From positions 1 through 27,405 of IMG/VR virus record IMGVR_UViG_3300028585_000058: a stretch of DNA of 27,405 nucleotides; one strand, written 5' to 3'. Positions 1 to 6,619 of this stretch are shown here, piece after piece. Both the position numbers and the translations under genes were made by a program. How positions within the stretch are numbered: position 1 is the stretch's first letter; each line of letters begins with the position of its first letter. The notes under the pieces are model-generated. The model was not told the origin of the DNA, made no database searches, and worked only from the letters and a program-made list of their open reading frames with translations. This stretch comes from a virus. Lineage: Duplodnaviria; Caudoviricetes.

Positions 1-328
1 GGTGCGCGCCGTAGAACTCGGTCACCGCGCGTCGGCTGTTGCCGCCATACGCCGACACGCTGAATTCATCGTGGTCGTGCTTGACGCTCACGCCGCGGCG
101 GATGCACAGCTCACCGGCGTCGCGCGGCTCGCGGCGGTACTGGGGCAGAGGCGTTGCGGTCAGCCCGCCGTAGCCGCCCACCGGCGCGCGGCCCGTTGAG
201 TGCCATACCTGAGAGCCGCGACCGGCGCCGGCTGGCTTTCTGCCGCGCAGGTTCTTGTCCAGGCGCGCCAGTTCGATCTCTTCGTCGAGGGCTTGGCTGA
301 TGTATTCGTCGTCCCACTGCTTGCTCAT
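1..328 (-). CDS. Hypothetical phage protein, first gene of the leftward early operon (runs off the window edge)
   Basis: Not in the ORF track. Read manually: ATG at 328 with GGAGAG RBS just upstream, open to position 1 (MSKQWDDEYISQALDEEIELARLDKNLRGRK...). Lies downstream of the predicted PL. Confidence 0.7.
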   Translation of the reverse strand, partial: MSKQWDDEYISQALDEEIELARLDKNLRGRKPAGAGRGSQVWHSTGRAPVGGYGGLTATPLPQYRREPRDAGELCIRRGVSVKHDHDEFSVSAYGGNSRRAVTEFYGAH

Positions 329-382
329 GTAGCTCTCCAGTTCTACGGCTCAAGGGGTGCTGAGCTCGCTGCGTTGGAGGCA

Positions 383-411
383 ACTTTAGCCTAAAGCTAA
401 GAACGTCGCAA
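383..411 (-). promoter_or_regulatory. PL-like leftward sigma70 promoter
   Basis: Minus strand reads TTGCGA (411-406), 17 bp spacer, TAAAGT (388-383). Operator OL1 lies between and over the two boxes. Confidence 0.7.
386..400. promoter_or_regulatory. Repressor operator OL1 (TTAGC-N5-GCTAA)
   Basis: Perfect palindromic arms TTAGC CTAAA GCTAA. The same motif occurs three times between cI and cro. Confidence 0.8.
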
Positions 412-420
412 GAACTATTT

Positions 421-435
421 TTAGCCTAAGGCTAT
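421..435. promoter_or_regulatory. Repressor operator OL2
   Basis: TTAGC CTAAG GCTAT, one mismatch to the consensus. Confidence 0.78.
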
Positions 436-450
436 TTTCGATGTTATGAT
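422..450 (+). promoter_or_regulatory. Rightward extended -10 promoter divergent from PL, predicted start ~457
   Basis: TGt-TATGAT at 442-450 (extended -10). Its -35 position (422-427) is covered by OL2. Confidence 0.55.
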
Positions 451-456
451 GCGCCC

Positions 457-765
457 ATTGGCCGAGTCTGGCTGATTGCATGCCTGGAGTAGGGAGGGGA
501 AACCGCCGACGCCCAGGCCTAAGAGCCCAAGGACGACCGAGAGGGGCAACGCGTGGGTGGATCGTAGAGCGCGCCGGGGGCAGGTGGAAACACCTGGAAA
601 GTCTGCGAACAAGCGAAAGTGTCCGAAGGCGAAAGCATGGGATGCAGTAGCTCTCCACACAGCCGATTCCTTGTCGGCCTATAGGGAGGGTTACGCTCTG
701 GAACCGAGGCTCTGCTGGGATAAATCGAAGCCAGTAACTTAGAAAGATCTTCTTCGAACAGCCAA
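457..765 (+). ncRNA. Putative large structured non-coding RNA of unknown family
   Basis: Nested helices read by eye: 468-477/723-734, 482-487/513-518, 522-527/708-713, 565-571/694-700, 581-586/591-596, 647-656/685-694, 662-666/674-678. GNRA tetraloops at 499-502, 539-542, 587-590, 615-618 and 631-634. G-U wobbles indicate plus-strand RNA. Confidence 0.6.
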
Positions 766-818
766 GAACAACACCTCAACAGTACCTGATACGGGTGCGT
801 GGGAAAAAAGGCCCGAAA

Positions 819-1196
819 ATGTCGCAAAAACTGACGCTGGCGCGCTACCTGGAGGGCAGGGGCGAAGTAAAGTCGCTGACCCGAATCGAGGCCGAGGCAT
901 TTGGCGTCCCGTACCCTCTCGTGTCGGGCTGGCCGGCGCGCTTTGGGGCTGTGGAAATTACGACGGCAATGCTCGAAGACCTGGCGGCACGCATCACGAC
1001 GGCCAGGCAGTCAACCGCAACCAAGGCGCGCCGCGGGCTGGAGGGCGTCGAGGGGCGCGCGTCACAGGGATCGGAGCAGGCCGAGCCAATTCAGGCTGCA
1101 GATCATGTGTCCCGCTGCCCGTCGCCAGCCCGGGTACTTCAGGGGTTCGTGCTGCGCAAGGCGCGGCGCTATTGCCTGCGTGGGCCGGCGCTCTGA
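819..1196 (+). CDS. Hypothetical protein immediately downstream of the structured RNA
   Basis: ORF MSQKLTLARYL...EAEAFGVPYPLVSGW. ATG 819 preferred over GTG 795. A hairpin follows directly. Confidence 0.6.
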   Translation: MSQKLTLARYLEGRGEVKSLTRIEAEAFGVPYPLVSGWPARFGAVEITTAMLEDLAARITTARQSTATKARRGLEGVEGRASQGSEQAEPIQAADHVSRCPSPARVLQGFVLRKARRYCLRGPAL

Positions 1197-1200
1197 GCGT

Positions 1201-1223
1201 AAAAAAGCCCGCTCTCGGCGGGC
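1201..1223 (-). terminator. Intrinsic terminator between convergent genes (possibly bidirectional)
   Basis: Stem GCCCGC/GCGGGC (1207-1223) with A6 at 1201-1206, which gives a U-tract on the minus strand. Confidence 0.75.
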
Positions 1224-1243
1224 ATCGTTGGTCGTCGTTCCCG

Positions 1244-2191
1244 CTATTGCGGGATCAGCTTCAGTAAAGCGGGCAAGACTTGAGCCAGTATAACAACCCC
1301 AGCCACCCATAAAATGATTGAGGTCTTGGCCTCTGATACAACCGCTTTGGTATCAGCTATATCACTTTTCGTTGCGCCATTGACCTTGATTACCGCAACA
1401 TCAACCTTGATGGCGGCGACATCTTTTTCCAGCGCTGTGATTCGAGCTTCCATCTCGCCATCATCCCCGCCTTTGCCTGGGGTGTCAACCGGGCCACGCG
1501 GAGGCGTGCCACCTGAAGCTCCCTTTTGCATGACTGCCGTCATGGTTATGTCGAGGAGCTGCTTCAAAACTGGAAGCAACTCGTCTTTTAGTGCCGGATG
1601 GCTATTAGCGATTTCATTCAGGCGCGCGGTGGCAGCGGCGAGCACAGGCCCTGCATCAGAGAGTAAGTCCCCTGGAATCGTTGGTGATTGCGAAGATTCT
1701 TCCGCGGCGTTTTCTGCTTTCAAATATTTGGCCGGTGCTTCTTGCACTTGGAGCCACTGGTTATCTGACTGCTTTTGTGCATACGTATCACGGCCAGCCG
1801 AGGTCGCACATGATTCGAGTTCTGCCCGCTGCGAATCTAGTGAGGCAAGTTTTCGTTGCGCGTCACGCATGAAATCCTTAGCCCTATCTAGAATAGCGCC
1901 AATTCTTTTGTGAAGCAGGTGCTGAAGACGTTGGACATTCTCGTCTTGCGTGCCACGAGCAGCAACTACCCGAGCCTGCTGTGCTTTAAGTTCTCCCAGT
2001 AGTGATTGGACTTCACTCTGATATATATTGAGTCGATCAGGGTTGGGGTCGCCGCTATCGAACTCTTTTTCCATCCTGTTCACAGCGGACTCGAGTAAGA
2101 CGATATTTTGCGTAAACGAGCCTAGCTCGAAATTTTCGTTTTCGGTTTCTGCTCCAGCGAATGAAGCCCTGTCAGTTGTGCGAGTAGGCAT
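1244..2191 (-). CDS. Coiled-coil protein with C-terminal membrane anchor (CCDC90/DUF1640- or XhlA-like tail)
   Basis: 315 aa. Heptad-rich N-terminal half. C-terminal MEARITALEKDV..ATKSDI..K followed by hydrophobic IILWVAGVVILAQVL. Lower GC than the phage core. Confidence 0.7.
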   Translation of the reverse strand: MPTRTTDRASFAGAETENENFELGSFTQNIVLLESAVNRMEKEFDSGDPNPDRLNIYQSEVQSLLGELKAQQARVVAARGTQDENVQRLQHLLHKRIGAILDRAKDFMRDAQRKLASLDSQRAELESCATSAGRDTYAQKQSDNQWLQVQEAPAKYLKAENAAEESSQSPTIPGDLLSDAGPVLAAATARLNEIANSHPALKDELLPVLKQLLDITMTAVMQKGASGGTPPRGPVDTPGKGGDDGEMEARITALEKDVAAIKVDVAVIKVNGATKSDIADTKAVVSEAKTSIILWVAGVVILAQVLPALLKLIPQ

Positions 2192-2206
2192 ATTTCAACC
2201 AGTCAG

Positions 2207-2482
2207 CTAAACACATTTAAATGTGATTTCAGCTTTCGGGAAATTCCCAAAGATAAAAGGCGGCTGCGCTTCCTTTTCACTGGTAACGGTCGCCGTCTTG
2301 CCTCTACCAGAGCAGAACTTGCCGGCCTCGCTCATCGCTTCCGCCTTCAGTGTGCCGGATCCAGAGAAGCCGGTAGCGGCCTGTCGGGATACGAAGAACA
2401 TGTCTGGACCCATGGCCACGACACCAGAATTACTGGCACAGCCCGTCAAAGCGAGCGCGAACACCAAAATCAACTTCTTCAT
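2207..2482 (-). CDS. Small lipoprotein (91 aa)
   Basis: MKKLILVFALALTGC signal peptide with lipobox, plus two further cysteines. Start trimmed from the ORF-track call. Confidence 0.8.
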   Translation of the reverse strand: MKKLILVFALALTGCASNSGVVAMGPDMFFVSRQAATGFSGSGTLKAEAMSEAGKFCSGRGKTATVTSEKEAQPPFIFGNFPKAEITFKCV

Positions 2483-2718
2483 GAAACTCATCAGTTCGGC
2501 ATCTAAGCGTGCCGTTTCGCTCGCGCGAGTATAGCTCGACCGCGGACGTCGAAATCTACCCAATAATCACTGCTATTGCAACGCCGCCACGCCGTCTTTG
2601 CTGGTTAACCTCAGGTGGTGGGTCTCGCCGGCCGAGCGCTACTCAGGTGTAATTGGCGGGAATGATCGCCAAGGCGTTGAAGCTGTCCTTGAGGTGGAGC
2701 ATGCCACGCGGTGGAAGT

Positions 2719-2741
2719 AAAAAAGCCCGCTTGTGCGGGCT
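2719..2741 (-). terminator. Intrinsic terminator
   Basis: AGCCCGC-TTGT-GCGGGCT stem preceded by an A-run on the plus strand, 18 bp past the stop codon at 2760. Confidence 0.75.
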
Positions 2742-2759
2742 AGTATAGTTCGGCGGCGA

Positions 2760-3371
2760 TTATTTTTTGGTGTAACGGCCGTAAGCCTCGTACAACGACC
2801 CTTTGGGCAAAAGCTCGTAGAACACGTTGCTCTGAATATACAGACCGCCCACAATGCCGCTCTGGGCAGGATCCGTTCCTTCATCCAGAACGCAACTCTG
2901 GCTACCATTGCCGAAGTTGATGCACCACTGAGGCTGACCATTGGCAACTACTCGAGTAACGCCCGTGCCAGTGATCGACCTGGTAGATGCGGTCCTGCTT
3001 GCCGTGATCTTGTCGACTTTACCGGGGGTCGCCACTGCGCCGTTGGATAGCACAATGGATGAGTCAATAGTCTCGACGTACGTCGCAGTAATCTCGCCGC
3101 TTTCAGTTTCGGTAGCGACAATGGCTCCAGTGCAGTTCGCTCCGGCGTAATAGTCCGAGCGCGACGCGATTTTGAGGGTGTTTATTGCAGGGCTGGTAAT
3201 CGTAGCTTCCATCAACTCGTGGTCATCGCACCTAGCTACCCAGGTACCGACATAGGCAGCGAGTTTGTTGACTGGGGCCGAAGTGACTGGGGCTGCAGGG
3301 CTACTGTCACCGCCGCCGCCACATCCCGAGACCATCGCCGCTACGGCGCAGGTAGTCAGTAATTTTTTCAT
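2760..3371 (-). CDS. Lipoprotein (203 aa), beta-rich with several cysteines
   Basis: MKKLLTTCAVAAMVSGC-GGGG lipobox and linker. Start trimmed to ATG 3371. Confidence 0.8.
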   Translation of the reverse strand: MKKLLTTCAVAAMVSGCGGGGDSSPAAPVTSAPVNKLAAYVGTWVARCDDHELMEATITSPAINTLKIASRSDYYAGANCTGAIVATETESGEITATYVETIDSSIVLSNGAVATPGKVDKITASRTASTRSITGTGVTRVVANGQPQWCINFGNGSQSCVLDEGTDPAQSGIVGGLYIQSNVFYELLPKGSLYEAYGRYTKK

Positions 3372-3698
3372 GTTGTCCCATAGATATCTGACATTCAGGC
3401 GTGCCAGTTCGCTGCAGAAGTATAGCTGAGCGCTTTGCGCTGAAATCTCGCCAATATTCACCGAGTCGCCGATCGTGCCGCGTCCTTCGCTTTTCTTTCG
3501 GCCAGTTCCCTCAAATGGGCCGCGTGCGCCACACTGGATACAAATTTTGTGTTGCAGCCAATGCTTGCAGAGCAAAGTAACTTGATGTGCACGTCCTCAT
3601 GCGTCCAGTCCGCTGCCATGATCGCGGAACCTGGTCGCGATTCGCGTTGGGGTTGGCCGAACCGCCCGCTTTATCAGTAAGTTCTGGGCGCGGCGGAG

Positions 3699-4163
3699 CT
3701 ACAGGCGCCCGGTCAGCAGCCTGCCAAGCTGATACACCACGCGGCCAACCACTTTCATCTGGCCGCTGCGAGCATTGATCGGGTTGAAGTCCGGGTTAAG
3801 GAAGTTGAGATACCACTGGCCGCCGCGTTGGATCAGCTGCGCCACAACCGCCTCGCCATCCCAGTTCACCGCATATACCTCTCGGTTTCGCTTCGCCGTA
3901 TCACCAGTGTCGATCACCACCCAATCGTCCTCGAAAATTAAAGGTTCCAGGCCTCGATCTGCAACCTGCAGGGCCAGCAGGCGCATCGAATCAGCTCCCA
4001 GGTCGTGCACCACAGCAGCCGGTACCGGAATGGAGTTCGCGCCGAACATTTCAGGCTCAACTTCGAAGCCAGCAATACCGGCGCGCAGCCGTAGCTTCAC
4101 TGCTCGTACTGCGATGGTGCCGGCCGAGGCGTCGACGTCGGGGAAAGCTTGGCCCCGGGTCAT
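3699..4163 (-). CDS. Stand-alone S24 (LexA/CI C-terminal)-like domain, apparently catalytically inactive
   Basis: The pattern LQVADRGLEPLIFEDDWVVIDT...YAVNWDGEAVVAQL...NPDF..I...VVGRVV matches S24 except at the catalytic Ser and Lys. No HTH. ATGA overlap with the cI stop codon. Confidence 0.75.
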   Translation of the reverse strand: MTRGQAFPDVDASAGTIAVRAVKLRLRAGIAGFEVEPEMFGANSIPVPAAVVHDLGADSMRLLALQVADRGLEPLIFEDDWVVIDTGDTAKRNREVYAVNWDGEAVVAQLIQRGGQWYLNFLNPDFNPINARSGQMKVVGRVVYQLGRLLTGRL

Positions 4164-4870
4164 CCGCGCGAGCGCCGGTACCGCTTACGGTGCTCGACCA
4201 TCACGCCAATCACGACCAGGTGGTCAGTGTCGCTGCGCAGGGTAGCGTAGTCGTCATTGAGCGGCACCAGCTCGAACACCGTGTTTCCGCGCGCATCCAT
4301 GCCGCGTGGGCGATACTTCTTGAAGGTCGCCTGCTCACCACCGTTTTTCGCGACGACGAAGTCGCCCGGGTTCGGTGCCAGATCTGGGTCGATAATTACA
4401 CGGTCACCAGGGCGGAAATCCGGCGTCATCGACTCGCCCTCGACCTCGAGGCTGAACGCCCAGCGGGAAAGATTCTCATCGTCCGTGTACTCGACCGCAA
4501 AGCCAGCCCCTGGTGAGTACGGCGTTTCCATGTCTTTGAGCGCGCCAGCTTGCACGGCCGAAATCACGGGAATTGGACGGCCGCCGAGGCGCGCCGGTGA
4601 AACGTTCTCATCAAACTTCTTATCTTCCTTGGGAATACCGTGATCTGCGTCTAGCCAGCCAACAGGCTTCAAGCATCGCGTTTCAACGAGTCGGCACGAG
4701 CTGGCAGCCATGCCGCGTGGCTTGCCTGTGCCTGAGTTGATGGAGCCATTGATCCACTGGCTGACCTGAGCCTCGGATCGATCGACCTGTTCAGCAAGTG
4801 CCTTCACCGAGCCCAACTCGGTGACGAGTACGAGCAGGTTCTCTCGGCGAATCTGTTCTGTTGTTTTCAT
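4160..4870 (-). CDS. cI: CI-like prophage repressor (HTH plus S24 autopeptidase)
   Basis: N-terminal HTH, A-G cleavage site (VQAGA), catalytic Ser (GESMTP) and Lys (TFKKY). Divergent from cro. ATG 4870 preferred because the ORF-track extension runs into the operators. Confidence 0.93.
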   Translation of the reverse strand: MKTTEQIRRENLLVLVTELGSVKALAEQVDRSEAQVSQWINGSINSGTGKPRGMAASSCRLVETRCLKPVGWLDADHGIPKEDKKFDENVSPARLGGRPIPVISAVQAGALKDMETPYSPGAGFAVEYTDDENLSRWAFSLEVEGESMTPDFRPGDRVIIDPDLAPNPGDFVVAKNGGEQATFKKYRPRGMDARGNTVFELVPLNDDYATLRSDTDHLVVIGVMVEHRKRYRRSRG

Positions 4871-4881
4871 ATGGGCATTAA

Positions 4882-4943
4882 ATAGCGAAAGGCTAAAAAA
4901 ATACATGAGCCAAAGGCTTGTTAAATATTTAGCCTTAGGCTAA
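4882..4943. promoter_or_regulatory. OR region: three operators with divergent PRM and PR
   Basis: ATAGC-GAAAG-GCTAA (4882-4896), TGAGC-CAAAG-GCTTG (4906-4920) and TTAGC-CTTAG-GCTAA (4929-4943), spaced 24 and 23 bp. PR: TTGTTA 4918-4923, 17 bp, TAATAT 4941-4946. Confidence 0.85.
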
Positions 4944-4952
4944 TATCGTCAC

Positions 4953-5276
4953 ATGGACCTCAAAACTTATCTTTCTCAGGAGCGCGGCCGGGCAGCGGCA
5001 CTGGCGAAGGCCATCGGCGCCCACTCTCCAGATGTAAGCCGCTGGGCCGATGGCACGCGACCGGTGCCGGTTCACTTCGGAGCGCCGATCGAGAAGGCCA
5101 CCGATGGCGCAGTCACGCGGCAAGAGCTCTTTCCGATTGACTGGGCAACCATCTGGCCCGAGCTCGCTCATGAGAACCGCCGTGCCACGGATCCTGTTGC
5201 CGGTCCTGGCCGCGCCGGACGCAGTCCGCCGAACGCCGAGAAGCTGCTGAGCTTTGCGCCGGCGCCGCCCGAGTAG
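4953..5276 (+). CDS. cro: Cro-like regulator (YdaS/Cro family)
   Basis: HTH AALAKAIG..SPDVSRW and the IEKATDGAVTRQEL.P.DW..IWPEL motif. Divergent from cI. Confidence 0.88.
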   Translation: MDLKTYLSQERGRAAALAKAIGAHSPDVSRWADGTRPVPVHFGAPIEKATDGAVTRQELFPIDWATIWPELAHENRRATDPVAGPGRAGRSPPNAEKLLSFAPAPPE

Positions 5277-5336
5277 ATCGCTTGATCGTCACATCGATTC
5301 ACCCTTTCCTGTAACCCGCATCACTAGGAGAAAACC

Positions 5337-5621
5337 ATGAACAACCCGAACGCCAAAACCATTTCCGTCAAGGGCTATCTGTCGCCGGATGTCTATCTCG
5401 CCAACAAGGCCGTGTTCGATCCAGTTGGCCTGTCGATGAGCGCCGCAATCGGCCTGGGGCTCCAGCAGCTGGCGGCTTCCATCCGTGGACTCGACCCTGC
5501 ACATCGTACCCGGACGGTCGGGGTAGGGCATATGCCTAAACCGGGCCTGCCGCGGGCATGGCCAGCGGCGAACGGTCGCCGGGGCCGTGGCGGCGCCGTC
5601 AAGCCTCCAATGCGGGTTTAA
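5337..5621 (+). CDS. Hypothetical protein (at the cII position)
   Basis: Strong AGGAG RBS, 94 aa, directly after cro. Confidence 0.65.
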   Translation: MNNPNAKTISVKGYLSPDVYLANKAVFDPVGLSMSAAIGLGLQQLAASIRGLDPAHRTRTVGVGHMPKPGLPRAWPAANGRRGRGGAVKPPMRV

Positions 5622-5672
5622 AGGATTCCGGGTTTTGGGTGCATCGAAAAGCGAATTACAAGAGGTGAAAGC

Positions 5673-5873
5673 ATGGACGAGGAGAGCGATCAGAAAGAGC
5701 GGGACAAGGTGGTAGCGAAGGCGCGCAGCTGGGCGTCGAGCCGGCGCGCGAAGGCGGCTGCTACTGGCCCGGGTCGTGAGCGCGCGCAGTCGCGCCACCG
5801 GCAGGACGGGAACGAACTGGCTGAAGCAGTGGAGAAGCTCGAGAAGGGTTTTCTCCAGCACAGGTCGACGTAG
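5673..5873 (+). CDS. Hypothetical protein
   Basis: GAGGTG RBS, 66 aa, charged and helical. Confidence 0.6.
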   Translation: MDEESDQKERDKVVAKARSWASSRRAKAAATGPGRERAQSRHRQDGNELAEAVEKLEKGFLQHRST

Positions 5874-5926
5874 GTAGTACCCAGGCGGCGGGATGGCGCC
5901 GCCACCAACAACACCAGGGAAACGAC

Positions 5927-6130
5927 TTGAAAAACGTATCGAAGCTGCTGGACACGCTGCGTGAGCGCTTCCAGATCAAGAGCGACGCGGCGCTGGCGCG
6001 GGAGCTGGACGTGAACCCGAGCCAGATCAGCAAGCTTCGCGCCGGCGCCGACCTGGGCCCGACCCTGATTCTGAGTATCCACGAGCACTTGGGCATGCCC
6101 GTGAAAGAGATTCGCCAACTGGCGGAGTAG
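5927..6130 (+). CDS. Small HTH DNA-binding protein
   Basis: KSDAALARELDVNPSQISKLR helix-turn-helix pattern. TTG start. Confidence 0.75.
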   Translation: MKNVSKLLDTLRERFQIKSDAALARELDVNPSQISKLRAGADLGPTLILSIHEHLGMPVKEIRQLAE

Positions 6131-6203
6131 TCGATTCCCCACCGATACCACGATACCGCGGCGCGAGGCCACAGGCCTGCGCCGGATCACATGAGGAGAG
6201 TAG

Positions 6204-6317
6204 ATGGATCAACCCGAGACGAATGAAACCGCGGCACCGCCGCTCGAGCCAAGCCACGTGATGAGCCCCGAAGCGTGGGCACGCATCCAGGCAGAGATGG
6301 CTGAAAGCCAGAAGTGA
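6204..6317 (+). CDS. Small hypothetical protein (37 aa)
   Basis: GAGGAGAG RBS then ATG: MDQPETNETAAPPLEPSHVMSPEAWARIQAEMAESQK. Below the ORF-track cut-off. Confidence 0.5.
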   Translation: MDQPETNETAAPPLEPSHVMSPEAWARIQAEMAESQK

Positions 6318-6341
6318 AAAAGCCCGGGTGCAACCGGGCTT
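6317..6341. terminator. Terminator-like hairpin in the early operon
   Basis: AAGCCCGG-GTGCAA-CCGGGCTT stem with a 5' A-run, so the U-tract is stronger on the minus strand. Confidence 0.5.
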
Positions 6342-6370
6342 AGTGAAGCGAATCCTTGAGAGGAAACCAA

Positions 6371-6619
6371 ATGTTAGCACAATCAAATCCGCCGGCGGTG
6401 CACGCTGGTGAAGATCATTCTTCGCCTGGCGCTGCGCCGGTGACCTTCTACACGGTCGAGCCGATCGAGCCAGAGGCTGCGACGCTCAATGAGCTGGTCA
6501 TCGAAAACGACTGGCTGCGCGCCGGCGACGTCGTCTACATCACCGAGACCCGCCGCCACACCCTGACCGATGCAGACCTGAATGCGGCCGCGCGCGCCGT
6601 GATCGGCGGTGCGGCATGA
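6371..6619 (+). CDS. Hypothetical protein
   Basis: GAGAGG RBS, ATG 6371, ATGA overlap with the next gene. Confidence 0.6.
   Translation: MLAQSNPPAVHAGEDHSSPGAAPVTFYTVEPIEPEAATLNELVIENDWLRAGDVVYITETRRHTLTDADLNAAARAVIGGAA

Noticed and set aside
594-607. CTGGAAAGTCTGCG resembles the RNase P motif GAGGAAAGUCC
   Set aside because: Partial match only, and no complementary P4 3' strand was found. No group I (P7) or group II (domain V) signatures were seen either.
476-742. 88-aa plus-strand ORF, and the overlapping minus-strand ORFs 386-658, 421-660 and 519-827
   Set aside because: No RBS and no protein-like pattern. The region is better explained by RNA helices and GNRA loops.
3372-3575. N-terminal extension of the 2760-3575 ORF with a CxxC motif
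   Set aside because: The signal peptide and lipobox start at ATG 3371, so the extension is probably incidental.
4871-4906. N-terminal extension of cI (MYFFSLSLFNAH) in the ORF track
   Set aside because: It runs through OR3 and the PRM region. ATG 4870 fits the HTH start and promoter spacing.
1201-6341. Recurrent AAAAAGCCCG motif at 1202, 2720 and 6317 as a possible repeat family
   Set aside because: These are ordinary intrinsic-terminator stems, not a dispersed repeat or array.
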